Origin: a virus
IMG/VR virus record: IMGVR_UViG_3300039008_000175
Location: 1 to 64,000 of that record
DNA length: 64,000 nucleotides
Reading direction: 5' to 3' (one strand)
The notes below the pieces were generated by a model. It ran no database searches. It worked only from the letters and a program-made list of their open reading frames with translations, and was not told where the DNA came from. Each line of letters starts with the position of its first letter. Positions within the stretch are counted from its first letter, which is position 1. Made by a program: the position numbers and the translations under genes. Of the stretch, positions 1-9,438 are shown in pieces.

Positions 1-114
1 ATCAACCAGATGTCCGAAGGGGTAGCTGTGGCCGCAGTTGGCGAACAGCGTATCATATGTTCCGGCCGGGGGCGAGATGAGATATGTCGGCAGACGTTCG
101 GCAGGATTACTCAT
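1..114 (-). CDS. hypothetical protein, 5' end only (gene runs off the left edge)
   Basis: ATG at 114-112 with GGAGG about 9 nt upstream (rc of 124-128). Frame is open to position 1 (MSNPAERLPTYLISPPAGTYDTLFANCGHSYPFGHLVD...). Confidence 0.4.
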   Translation of the reverse strand, partial: MSNPAERLPTYLISPPAGTYDTLFANCGHSYPFGHLVD

Positions 115-129
115 ATCAGTAAACCTCCC

Positions 130-390
130 TTAATCCAGATACTCGTCGTCTTCGAAGTCTTCGAGATCCTCGTCTTCCTCAGAGTCTTCCTCTTCGGAAT
201 TCTCGTCATCATCTTCGTCGGATGATTCCATTTCGGAGTCATCGGATCCCAGGGAACCGTCGTCGAAATCGAGGTCTTCCAGATCAGTCATGGAATCTTC
301 GAGTTCGGCGTTGTCTACAAATGCAGACTCTTCGCCGAAAATGGATTCCATTTCGTCGACTTCATTTACATCGATATCATCAAAGTTCAT
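130..390 (-). CDS. small polyacidic protein (86 aa, about half D/E, no K/R/H)
   Basis: ORF track gives 130..417. I prefer the internal ATG at 390 because AAGGAG lies 6 nt upstream. Translation MNFDDIDVNEVDEME...EDFEDDEYLD. Confidence 0.6.
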   Translation of the reverse strand: MNFDDIDVNEVDEMESIFGEESAFVDNAELEDSMTDLEDLDFDDGSLGSDDSEMESSDEDDDENSEEEDSEEDEDLEDFEDDEYLD

Positions 391-450
391 ATGTATCTCC
401 TTATTCTTTTTGTTCATGTCACTATATCATAGCGTTATTGTTCGCTATAA

Positions 451-1941
451 TTAACCTAAGAATTGCAAGCGGTCTTCTTCCCGCTTCAGTGCCGCCATTA
501 CAAAGGGAATGAGCTGGGTATACAGCGACTGATCCATCAGCTCATACATTACATTTTCAAGATCTTCAATACGTCTCTGATTGAGAACAGGTTTCCAATC
601 CTGAATATCACCAGCAAGTGATAAATACGAATCCACTATGAGTGAATACAGTTCTCTCTTGGCATCGCCAGGACGACCCAGGGCATTCAGCTCACCGTCA
701 CTATATGCCTCTTTAGATCTCATTTTAATGAGAATACTATCAGGAAGCTGCTGGTGATAAGGTAACCCAGTGAGTTCATACACATGTGCCTGATCAGGAG
801 GAACAGGGTTAACTACGTTGATAGCTCCCTTGAGGTATGTAGCAAGTCTCCCGGTGAAGTTATCTCTGGGAGGTAATGAAAGACCCATCTTGTGATCTCT
901 CATCACATCTACCTTGCCGGATTCAAATGCAGAGAATGCTGTTTTACGATATTCCGATTTGAATAGGAACTTATCATCTACCATGTAGATAGTTGCTCCT
1001 GTCGACGGGAAGTCGGATCCTTCAAGGAGATCATTCTCAGCAATGAAGTACGTCATATACTTATCATATACATAACGTCCATCAGGGAGCTTATATATGA
1101 AAGTATTGATAGGTCCTTTGTATGCCATATCAAAGAACAACTCGATCTGCTGCTCTCTGAGTTTTCTAATCTTGGAGAGCAGAGCAACATTGTGCTTACT
1201 CATAATTGTAGCTTTGTTGGTGCCGATGTTGCCGAGAATACAGTACTTGACGTCTTCAACACTAAGCTTGAGGCTGGCTGATTCATCTTCGGTGTATTCA
1301 GCAATTGAAATCATTTCGATCTGATAGATCTTCTTGACTCCACGACTTGACTCTCTACTTGCTATCTTAAAGATGAGTCTCTTATCACCCACCCTAGCAA
1401 CAACCAGATCATCAATACCGGGAAGGATCATATCAGGAGCGATATACCCTCTGGCACTATATAGGTAACTGGGAGTGGATGAATCACTCTCTTCTCTCTC
1501 AACCTCATATCCGAAGATAGGGAAGTTTCCTATATGGGTGTATTTACGGGGCGAGTTCTCTCCGTACAATGCTACCTGCTCACCGGCTTCACTCATAGAA
1601 TCGGACCGATTCAGCTGGTAGTAGTCACATGTGCGATATCCACCAGAGATAAACTTACTGAAGTCTTTGGTATTATTCTGAGAAAGTTCTATAGCATTAT
1701 CTACAGCATCCTGTATTGCTTTGTCGTTTCCTTCGATAAATGACTCAACGTCTTCATCTACGATGAGTGAAGTATCACCGGTTTCTACAATAGGAGCCGA
1801 CTTTTCTTCTACGGTTTCTTTATCTTCTCCGATGTTGATAACTTTAGAGCTACCATCACCGCCTGATTTCACAATCTTCAAAATGGCCTCCTTATTTTTA
1901 TGACTGTTTTTGGAAAAAAAAGAGACGGCGAACTTAATCAC
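451..1941 (-). CDS. hypothetical protein (496 aa)
   Basis: Long ORF with a GTG start overlapping the stop of the upstream gene (GTGA at 1938-1941), in a co-directional operon. No motif recognised. Confidence 0.65.
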   Translation of the reverse strand: MIKFAVSFFSKNSHKNKEAILKIVKSGGDGSSKVINIGEDKETVEEKSAPIVETGDTSLIVDEDVESFIEGNDKAIQDAVDNAIELSQNNTKDFSKFISGGYRTCDYYQLNRSDSMSEAGEQVALYGENSPRKYTHIGNFPIFGYEVEREESDSSTPSYLYSARGYIAPDMILPGIDDLVVARVGDKRLIFKIASRESSRGVKKIYQIEMISIAEYTEDESASLKLSVEDVKYCILGNIGTNKATIMSKHNVALLSKIRKLREQQIELFFDMAYKGPINTFIYKLPDGRYVYDKYMTYFIAENDLLEGSDFPSTGATIYMVDDKFLFKSEYRKTAFSAFESGKVDVMRDHKMGLSLPPRDNFTGRLATYLKGAINVVNPVPPDQAHVYELTGLPYHQQLPDSILIKMRSKEAYSDGELNALGRPGDAKRELYSLIVDSYLSLAGDIQDWKPVLNQRRIEDLENVMYELMDQSLYTQLIPFVMAALKREEDRLQFLG

Positions 1942-3002
1942 CGTCTCTTTTTATAGCGTCGTCTGTGTTTCCTCAGATCAACATACTTATACTCAAACAC
2001 AGGTGGACCATCTTTCACAGGGTCACCAGTGTCTTTAGCTTTAGTATTCACAACCAAATGGAAGTGATCGATCGGAAGTTGTTTCATACGATTTATTATC
2101 TTACCATCAGGAACCTCAGCATCCTTGAATACATAAACATTCAGTGGACGGATCTCCCCGTTGTCGATAATACGTTCTAATGCACTATGATATCTGATTC
2201 CTGATACTCCAAGGAACTCTTTGTCATTGGTAGTGAACTCACTTGGGTTACGACTCATATAGATATATAAGCCGAGTATATCAAGTTGTCCTTCTGCCAT
2301 CATGACATCAAGCACCGGTGAAGTACCACGGTTCTCACTTACTCGATACAGCTTATCCGCATCTTTAGTGTGAGACATCTGCGCACTACCATACTTACCA
2401 TTCTCCTTCGTAGTTTTACCTATATTCCGGAATATAACATGGGATTCATCGTCAGATAGAAATCCTATACTATATGGAGCCCAAGACATACATGCCTCAT
2501 ATGCTTCTTGTGAAAAGAATCTGGAATCCTTATTCACTTCAGCGAACTCTCTCAGGTTGAGTATGATATTGAACTTATTGGCAATCATAGATGTGATATT
2601 TATTCCCATACGGTTCTTGAGGTAATCAAGTTGAGTCCTTGAAGCCTTCGTAGGGTATATCAATCCACTTCGCCGTCTATCTCTTCTACTATATGAGAAA
2701 TCAAAACCAATATCCTTTCGGCTCTTGGCTATGTCTCTCATCATATCTCTCGAGTCGCTCTTACTTGCCCCAAGTTTCTGGAGTAGGTAGGAGTCGAGGT
2801 ACCCCTGTCGACCACATTTGAAACAGATGTAAGGGTATGCTCCAGATTCAGTTCCAACATAGAACCGACCATTCATGGATCCTTTAGAATGGTCATCACA
2901 TGACCCATCTGCTACATATGGACAAAGAAAGTTAACCTCTCCTCCTATATCCCTACCGCCTAGAGAGACAAGAATACTGGATATATCCTGCCCCTGGTCC
3001 AT
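1938..3002 (-). CDS. putative DNA primase (zinc-finger plus TOPRIM-like blocks)
   Basis: Cys/His cluster FLCPYVADGSCDDH...YICFKCGRQG resembles primase zinc fingers. Later acidic blocks MMAEGQLD and VFKDAEVPDG resemble TOPRIM E / DxD motifs. Motif-level only. Confidence 0.5.
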   Translation of the reverse strand: MDQGQDISSILVSLGGRDIGGEVNFLCPYVADGSCDDHSKGSMNGRFYVGTESGAYPYICFKCGRQGYLDSYLLQKLGASKSDSRDMMRDIAKSRKDIGFDFSYSRRDRRRSGLIYPTKASRTQLDYLKNRMGINITSMIANKFNIILNLREFAEVNKDSRFFSQEAYEACMSWAPYSIGFLSDDESHVIFRNIGKTTKENGKYGSAQMSHTKDADKLYRVSENRGTSPVLDVMMAEGQLDILGLYIYMSRNPSEFTTNDKEFLGVSGIRYHSALERIIDNGEIRPLNVYVFKDAEVPDGKIINRMKQLPIDHFHLVVNTKAKDTGDPVKDGPPVFEYKYVDLRKHRRRYKKRR

Positions 3003-4502
3003 TTAGATGAACTCGATAAACTTATAGATCTCCGTATAGAGCTGATCCAGACTTACGCTGAAGTTCGCCTTCTCGGGATCTTCTTCGAAAGGATCATGCC
3101 ACTGAGAACCTACAATATCTTTTACGTTTCTGTACAGAGTAGCAGACTCATCGATGAAGCTAAAGCGTTTCCGTAGGAGTTCGCCAAACTTCTTCTTACC
3201 ATCGAAATAGTTCTCAACTTCGACAGTCTTGATTCTGATATTTCTATCCAGCCGATGGGTACAAAGAATCAGCTTCGGAAGTAGCTTAAAGCCTTCCGCT
3301 TCCAGCATAATCTTAAACAGCAACGCCAATCTAAGGAAGTTCTCACGACTTCCAGAGTTGTGCACACCTTTTGTATTACCACGAAAATGTTTAGTGAAGA
3401 GAGTGACCATAAGAAAGTTATGGACGTTTGACGGATAGATCGGCTTGACTGCCGGATCATCGTCTTTCTTCCCAGGATCCCCATATTCATTTCTGATTTT
3501 GAGGAACAGATCTTCATAGTACTTTTCCTTCTTGGTGTTTGTTACATAGTTCGTCCACAGACGATCCAAGATCACCTGTTTGGCATGTAGTCGCTGAAAG
3601 ATAATGAGTTCTTCATCATAGAGGCTTACAACCTTTCGACTGATGGAGCTTTGCTCCGTTAGTCCTCCTACAATGTAGTACTCTGCCATGAATTTACTTC
3701 TGGCTCTGACGCTGGCCTGATTATCAATAACCGTAAAGATAAACGCAACGATGTCTTTGTGATATTCACCACGGTGGATGATATCGACGATGATACGTTT
3801 GATGGTTTCTACTGATGCTGTTGTGGTAGTCGTTCCCTCATACAGGAGACGATCCCACATTTTCATATTCTGACATCCAGAACCTCGGAATATATTGTGA
3901 GCATACATCTTCAGCTTACCATAGAGATCTCCAGAAGAGAACTTCTTAAAGAGAATCTTATAGCACTGAAAAAGGAACTCTGACTTATCCTCAATCCCGT
4001 TCGACACAATATAGTGAGTAGCAAGTGGTAAGATCAGCTTTATGCCGGTTGAGATACGGAACAGCTCGCGATAATGCTTATCCGCAAATCCCATGTAGCT
4101 AGCAGAACTCTTTCTCTTACTACCTCGTCGTTCGATCTTCGCATCTGCATAGCGTTGATCAGAGACACGAGTGATCAGATCAACGGTATATCGATCCATG
4201 ATCTTTTCACTCAGGAACTTAACAAAGTCTGACCGTTCTACTTTACGTGAATCGATCAAGATCTTCAAGTGGAAAATATTCTTCAGAATATGACCACGTT
4301 CTACGTCATGAGAGAGAAGCAGTGAGTTTTCACTTGCGATCAAGTCACCTTTCTCGACGTAACATCGTTTCCTGAAAAGGAGATAGAACTTGCTGGCTTC
4401 TTCCAAGCCAGGCATGCCTAAGATATTAGAGAAGGGAATCTGAAAATAGTAAATCTTCTTCCCTTTCTCATTGGCTCCTTTTATGAAACTCATTAGTTCC
4501 AT
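3003..4502 (-). CDS. hypothetical protein (499 aa)
   Basis: ATG at 4502 with GGAGG 6 nt upstream (rc of 4509-4513). Its stop abuts the start of the primase-like gene. Confidence 0.7.
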   Translation of the reverse strand: MELMSFIKGANEKGKKIYYFQIPFSNILGMPGLEEASKFYLLFRKRCYVEKGDLIASENSLLLSHDVERGHILKNIFHLKILIDSRKVERSDFVKFLSEKIMDRYTVDLITRVSDQRYADAKIERRGSKRKSSASYMGFADKHYRELFRISTGIKLILPLATHYIVSNGIEDKSEFLFQCYKILFKKFSSGDLYGKLKMYAHNIFRGSGCQNMKMWDRLLYEGTTTTTASVETIKRIIVDIIHRGEYHKDIVAFIFTVIDNQASVRARSKFMAEYYIVGGLTEQSSISRKVVSLYDEELIIFQRLHAKQVILDRLWTNYVTNTKKEKYYEDLFLKIRNEYGDPGKKDDDPAVKPIYPSNVHNFLMVTLFTKHFRGNTKGVHNSGSRENFLRLALLFKIMLEAEGFKLLPKLILCTHRLDRNIRIKTVEVENYFDGKKKFGELLRKRFSFIDESATLYRNVKDIVGSQWHDPFEEDPEKANFSVSLDQLYTEIYKFIEFI

Positions 4503-4536
4503 AGATTTCCTCCAGTGTTAGATTAATCCGAATCCG

Positions 4537-4556
4537 GATCATATAATTAATATATA
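4537..4556 (-). promoter_or_regulatory. class-1 promoter-like motif (minus strand) TATATATTAATT-at-ATGATC
   Basis: Lies 42 nt upstream of the ATG at 4502. Confidence 0.45.
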
Positions 4557-4580
4557 AATCAACAGCATCTTTGATTTATA

Positions 4581-5480
4581 TTATCTACTACTAGTGCGTC
4601 TGCCTTTCGGCATAACTTTCTTTTTGGTTTTCTTCTTCAGTTTCTTTTCTTTAACTACAGTACCAAACTTGGGAGAAGTTTTAACCTTAACAGTTTTACC
4701 ACTATTGAGGACTGACTTCTCTCTAATATCTGAAGCGATCTTACCGGACTTCTTATGAACAAGACCACTCTTGTAGTCCGTTCTCTTAACTGCACCTTCA
4801 GTAGGCGAAACAAGATAAGATGAATATACATTCTGCTGGACCATACCATGAGCATTCTTTTTATCCATCTCTCTCATTATTGCCATTTCATCTTGTGTGG
4901 AAACAAGCATTTCAAGAGATTCAAAATCAGTCATCACAGTGTAAAACTCTTTCTTCTTAAGTAGCTTATCGAAGGTGAGTTCACCATAGGTATCACTCAG
5001 AAATTTGGCTGTACTGTAAAGAGATTTATCAACTCCAATATCCATGTTTGGATTATTTCTTCTCGGAGGAAGTCTGAGAGCTTTGCTACTACACTTGTGC
5101 TTCAGCTCTTTTATGATCATACCCTTCTTGTTCAGAGGATATGTATAGAAGTAAGTGAACGAAGGCATATTACTATATACTCCCTTCACCGGAACATAGT
5201 CAATTCCCCTAGCCCTATATCTACTACTGGTATCAAACTCAAGACAACAATCGTAGATCGAAACTCCGTCAGTGAGCATCTGCATTACAAGAATAAGACG
5301 ATGTTGTACTTTATCCTCAACTACAGCAATAATACGAAGATTATCTTCAACGTTCTTTTCGAGATACCACTTCTCAATAGAAGCAATACGATCTCTAAAC
5401 TCACTTCGCATTTTACGAGACGGATTACCGGGATTAGGTTCAGACATAATAGTCGAAAGCTTATAGTTCTTCAAACCCAT
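4581..5480 (-). CDS. hypothetical protein with lysine-rich C-terminus (299 aa)
   Basis: Long ORF with a GAGGA-type RBS upstream. C-terminus reads KVKTSPKFGTVVKEKKLKKKTKKKVMPKGRR. Confidence 0.65.
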   Translation of the reverse strand: MGLKNYKLSTIMSEPNPGNPSRKMRSEFRDRIASIEKWYLEKNVEDNLRIIAVVEDKVQHRLILVMQMLTDGVSIYDCCLEFDTSSRYRARGIDYVPVKGVYSNMPSFTYFYTYPLNKKGMIIKELKHKCSSKALRLPPRRNNPNMDIGVDKSLYSTAKFLSDTYGELTFDKLLKKKEFYTVMTDFESLEMLVSTQDEMAIMREMDKKNAHGMVQQNVYSSYLVSPTEGAVKRTDYKSGLVHKKSGKIASDIREKSVLNSGKTVKVKTSPKFGTVVKEKKLKKKTKKKVMPKGRRTSSR

Positions 5481-5557
5481 AGTTATATCCTCACTCAGAA
5501 CCCATGTGATTCATTTAAAAGATTTCAGCTCTATATTAATCTATGTTATACATACGT

Positions 5558-5577
5558 TATATATTAATAGAGTGAAT
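5558..5577 (+). promoter_or_regulatory. class-1 promoter-like motif TATATATTAATA-NN-GTGAAT
   Basis: The 12-mer ends 32 nt before the ATG at 5601. The same 20-nt pattern recurs upstream of at least 8 other genes. Confidence 0.5.
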
Positions 5578-5600
5578 AGAATATCTTAAGGAGAACAATC

Positions 5601-6305
5601 ATGTATAATTCCAATCTTTCAAACGAACTACCAGATATACATATCATCAGAAACTATCTTCCCAAAATAAAAGAGTTTCTAGATAGTAATTTCAAATTCG
5701 AATATGCTATATCAGATTCCATCTTACCAAAAAATCTTTCAATGTATCCAAGCAACGACCTATTATCATCTTACATGTATGCGATAGATAGATTTGAATC
5801 AAATTATTCTGGAGAGTTTGACAACGAAGAAGACTTCAAGTACAAAGTTGAGGTCTTCCGGTCGTACGGTGTCGATTTCAGGTGTTATACTCCTCTTGCA
5901 ATAAATCGTGATGAGAAGGATTCACTTACCTTTCTTCCTGGGACTAGGCTATCGTTTTTAGTCTCAGAGGAAGGAATCTACGAATCGGATTTCAGAATTA
6001 TCACTCTCAGCTATGATACATTTCACAATGTAGTTCTAGCTCATGAGTATAAATCCGGATTAGATACAGTCTATGATGTTTTAACATTGGCAAGAACTTT
6101 ATCAAATCCAGTATTCGTAACAGCAGAGTTATATTCATTTCATCAAGCTCACAAAGTAGATCATAGATTAAGCAAAGTCTGTTTACATGTGAATTACTCA
6201 AGGATTAATCCTAGTGAACTATATGATGATAGAAGAGCTCTTTACGATAGTAATATAGATAGAGTAACTTTGAACTTGAGGAAAATATTCCTTGAGGAAA
6301 ACTGA
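5601..6305 (+). CDS. hypothetical protein (234 aa)
   Basis: ATG preceded by TAAGGAG. A TATATATTAATA promoter-like motif ends 32 nt upstream. Confidence 0.7.
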   Translation: MYNSNLSNELPDIHIIRNYLPKIKEFLDSNFKFEYAISDSILPKNLSMYPSNDLLSSYMYAIDRFESNYSGEFDNEEDFKYKVEVFRSYGVDFRCYTPLAINRDEKDSLTFLPGTRLSFLVSEEGIYESDFRIITLSYDTFHNVVLAHEYKSGLDTVYDVLTLARTLSNPVFVTAELYSFHQAHKVDHRLSKVCLHVNYSRINPSELYDDRRALYDSNIDRVTLNLRKIFLEEN

Positions 6306-6469
6306 ACCACTTCAACCAGGTTCATCTCCTTCAGTTCTGTTCAACTTTATGTATCAAAAAAAGTGTTTTTAAAAAACCCGGAATCGAAAAATGACTTTTA
6401 TGAAAATCGTGTTATTTAATAAAATCTAATGAAAAGATTTAAAAGAAATTTTTGAAGGATATAGATAGT

Positions 6470-6751
6470 CGCATACTAGGGAATGATAACAGAAACCTGT
6501 GGAATGGAACCAACGTAAGATATGACGCTTGGCGACCAGATGGCATAACATAGTCAACTCCATTGGGGATATAAGATCTTAATCTTGAGAAGCCTGTACC
6601 GGAGAAGTATCAAAGGGAAGGGATGAAGGTTAAGGTAAGTTCTGTCTGGGGACAGAGCACGGTAAGTAAAGTAAGATTTCACGCAGTGAAATCCCTATAC
6701 TATACCATATGATAGGATAAATAGGTATGGGGCGGAGCCCCATACCTATTT
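6470..6751. ncRNA. candidate structured non-coding RNA or DNA element (unclassified), core of a 600-nt gene-free region
   Basis: GC-richer than the A-tract flanks. Hairpins: aagat/atctt (6573-6586), tctgtc/gacaga (6641-6656), gatttcac/gtgaaatc (6675-6693). A perfect ~15-bp hairpin aaataggtatgggg-cgga-ccccatacctattt lies at 6718-6751. No ORF longer than 12 codons. Confidence 0.35.
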
Positions 6752-6904
6752 ATCTATATGAAGCATGAAGCCTTCTGAAATAAGAAAAAGTTCTAGACAT
6801 TCCGAAATTACGATTTTCGAAATTTTCTGACAAAATAACAAAAATGCGTGGGTCCCCCCAGGTGCAAAACACGTTAATTTTTAAGCAAGGAGAAAAATGA
6901 AAAA

Positions 6905-7606
6905 ATGATGAAAACTTCTTCCGAACTACTCGCAGAGCTCGTAAAACTCCTTACAATTGACCATTTACTTTTTGGATTGGAGCCTCTTGTAAATCAAAAA
7001 TATGAAAATCCTGAAGTCCAAAAACGGCTCTCATATAGCACTATTTTGGAAAATGGGCATTTTTCGTACAAGGATGTACACAACTATCTCATGGACCAGT
7101 ATGACGAGTCAAATCGAACTTACACAAAGGGGATTACACGCAGTAACACTGCACATATTTACAAGTGGATGCTTGACATAATGTTGAATCACTACAATCC
7201 AATGTGTAGATGTGACATCGATTTGACTATAGAAGAGAGCCTGGCTGCCTATAGAGGATTTATTGGTAGTAATATCACAAATCTTCATAGTGTAATCAAT
7301 CGGTTTGTAAGTAGAACGAGTGATGATATTAAGACGTATGATACCAATGTACTTGAGTGTATTGTAACTCCGTCTGGTGTTGTAACTGATCCGTTTGCTG
7401 AACTGGATAATACTCTTCATGAAATAGTTGGAACGATGACTGGAAAGTATCCTCTGGCTGTGTTCAAGTTTGCTACTGAGTATATGATAGAGTATCATAT
7501 CAAAGAGAAGAGACTTCTTCAGTTCTATATCAAGAATATAAAAGTTAATGGATATTATTGTGATAGTAGTATAATCACAAATGAGCATGATATGTATGGG
7601 AGGTGA
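6905..7606 (+). CDS. hypothetical protein (233 aa)
   Basis: First gene of a co-directional block of small genes. AAGGAG at 6888-6893. A 3-codon mini-ORF (6897-6908, MKK*) overlaps the start. Confidence 0.6.
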   Translation: MMKTSSELLAELVKLLTIDHLLFGLEPLVNQKYENPEVQKRLSYSTILENGHFSYKDVHNYLMDQYDESNRTYTKGITRSNTAHIYKWMLDIMLNHYNPMCRCDIDLTIEESLAAYRGFIGSNITNLHSVINRFVSRTSDDIKTYDTNVLECIVTPSGVVTDPFAELDNTLHEIVGTMTGKYPLAVFKFATEYMIEYHIKEKRLLQFYIKNIKVNGYYCDSSIITNEHDMYGR

Positions 7607-7611
7607 TGTGC

Positions 7612-8178
7612 ATGAATCTAGGGTTTCATATAAACAATGTGTTGTATGCAATATCTCTCCTTAGTGAGCATATCATATTTAGTGTGATGATGGATCTTCT
7701 TGATGAAGATAGGAATGGTGAGTTGAATGATGACTTCCCTCATAGGTATGTGGTATCTGAAGGAGAGCTTCATCATATAATGGAGGAGGTCACTCAGCTA
7801 TTAGATATGGAGCACTATAATATGAAAGAAGAAAAGATGCTCCATCTCTACTCAACGAAACCAAAGTGGATGTTTGATATCATCAGACAATGTTATGATG
7901 TTGAACCTGTATCTATACTAATAGAAGAAGGTAATCAGCAGGACTACCATCAGTTCAATGCTATGACGACAGCAGCTGAGTATATCTTCGGATCCAGGGT
8001 AAAGAAGTTTAACTTCAGAGAAGACGATCAGGATGTACCTCTATCCCTGATAGTCCCAAGCGTTGGTCACTGGGTATATAAGAAAGGTGCGTTGGGGTAC
8101 GTCAACGCAAATATAAATAGCAATGAGTATATATCCTTTAATATATCGGATATAGGCATTAAGATTATACGAAAGTAA
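7612..8178 (+). CDS. hypothetical protein (188 aa)
   Basis: ORF track gives 7603..8178. The ATG at 7612 has GGGAGG (7598-7603) 8 nt upstream and avoids overlap with the previous gene. Confidence 0.6.
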   Translation: MNLGFHINNVLYAISLLSEHIIFSVMMDLLDEDRNGELNDDFPHRYVVSEGELHHIMEEVTQLLDMEHYNMKEEKMLHLYSTKPKWMFDIIRQCYDVEPVSILIEEGNQQDYHQFNAMTTAAEYIFGSRVKKFNFREDDQDVPLSLIVPSVGHWVYKKGALGYVNANINSNEYISFNISDIGIKIIRK

Positions 8179-8193
8179 ACAAAGGAGGTAGAT

Positions 8194-8625
8194 GTGTTAT
8201 TTATGAGCAGTGATCATATGAAAGCGATTGTATATACTATATGTAGAATCGATCATGTGATCATCCCTATACTTACAGGTGAGATATCAAATATGGATAC
8301 CAATAAAGAGATATTTGATCTTGATCATCTATCTCCAACTTGGCTGGATCCTTGTTTCAAGATGGTTGACTTGAGTTATATACGTATACTAATGATGGAT
8401 GAAGAAGTCCCTCATGGTTATCTTATGTACGCAAAGGCTCAGAAGATAGTCGACTTGGCATCTCTGTTTAACACAAAGCAGATAAATGATACCACTTACC
8501 AGATAACATTCCGCAACTATGGTAATCCAGAGCTTGATGATAATCATCCGAAGTATGAGTTCGATACTGTATACAATATTGAAACGTCTAAAATACATGT
8601 AAAAGAAATTCGTTACTATAAATAA
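8194..8625 (+). CDS. hypothetical protein (143 aa)
   Basis: GTG start after AAGGAGG. An alternative ATG lies at 8203. Confidence 0.6.
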   Translation: MLFMSSDHMKAIVYTICRIDHVIIPILTGEISNMDTNKEIFDLDHLSPTWLDPCFKMVDLSYIRILMMDEEVPHGYLMYAKAQKIVDLASLFNTKQINDTTYQITFRNYGNPELDDNHPKYEFDTVYNIETSKIHVKEIRYYK

Positions 8626-8641
8626 ATGTGGAGGTGTATTT

Positions 8642-9247
8642 ATGGTATTCAGACCGCTTGATAGGGTGAAGTTGAGCTATAGCTCAGCTATTACTACTAT
8701 ACTAGATAGTCTCAGTTCAGAGTTGTTCTCCGAAGAGGCAATAACTCATTATATTGCAAGTAAGCCAAATACTCCGGGTGAGATGACTATCCCCCGAGAG
8801 ATGGCAATGCCCAGACATCAGTCATACTATGATATGATGGTTAATCATTTGCTTTTGGTGAATGAAGGTAACGTTCCCGTGAACTTTAATATGGTATATG
8901 GAGATACCATAGAGTTCATAGTTAAATATGCTCCTTGGAGAGAGTTAAAGACTCTTAAGTTAGTATCTAATGCTATTGAGAGTGAAATCTTTGAGATACT
9001 ACCAACTGATCGTAAAGATGTGTATACGATGAAATCGTTCTCTATATATCACCTTACAACGGACTACTCATTCTCAATGCAATTCAAAGGACCCAACTAT
9101 GTGAAGAGTGCCAGTAATGGTCTTAATCGTATGATGCATAACACTGGGAACTTTGTAGTGTACGTGGAGACTCTTGGTAGATACTATCATGAGTTTGAGA
9201 GTATTGGTATTGATAAGATGCTTATCAAGATAGGATTTGTAGTATAA
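8642..9247 (+). CDS. hypothetical protein (201 aa)
   Basis: ATG preceded by GGAGGTG. Co-directional block. Confidence 0.65.
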   Translation: MVFRPLDRVKLSYSSAITTILDSLSSELFSEEAITHYIASKPNTPGEMTIPREMAMPRHQSYYDMMVNHLLLVNEGNVPVNFNMVYGDTIEFIVKYAPWRELKTLKLVSNAIESEIFEILPTDRKDVYTMKSFSIYHLTTDYSFSMQFKGPNYVKSASNGLNRMMHNTGNFVVYVETLGRYYHEFESIGIDKMLIKIGFVV

Positions 9248-9378
9248 TGAGCACAGAAGAAGAAACTCCTGAGATCGATTTTAATGATCTCGAAGAGGTC
9301 TTATACGAAGGCGGAGATACCACTTTACCCGATGATTTCGCAGACGAGTTTATGGATGCTGTCCTTAGTGATATATAG
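9247..9378 (+). CDS. possible small acidic protein (43 aa)
   Basis: Not in the ORF track (<60 aa). ATG overlaps the TAA of the previous gene (TAATG). Translation MSTEEETPEIDFNDLEEVLYEGGDTTLPDDFADEFMDAVLSDI. Confidence 0.4.
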   Translation: MSTEEETPEIDFNDLEEVLYEGGDTTLPDDFADEFMDAVLSDI

Positions 9379-9405
9379 ATGTTGATTGTATTGTAAAATA
9401 TTTAA

Positions 9406-9428
9406 TAAACATCATAAAAAATAAGGAG
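9406..9428 (+). promoter_or_regulatory. class-2 upstream motif TAAACAT-N-AAAAAA-TAAGGAG
   Basis: AACA begins 31 nt before the ATG at 9439. Found only ahead of codon-biased genes. Confidence 0.35.
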
Positions 9429-9438
9429 ATCTGTACAC

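Noticed and set aside
6306-6904. Possibility that the ORF-free regions are coding under a recoded stop codon (TGA or TAG read-through)
   Set aside because: Reading through the TGA at 6303-6305 hits TAA within ~35 codons. All other genes in the window are intact in the standard code, so there is no sign of stop-codon reassignment.
7109-7651. 180-aa minus-strand ORF inside the 6905-7606 gene, and likewise 5097..5567 antisense to 4581-5480
   Set aside because: These are I/L/S/T/Y-rich antisense products of AT-rich genes. They have no RBS and interrupt co-directional gene blocks.
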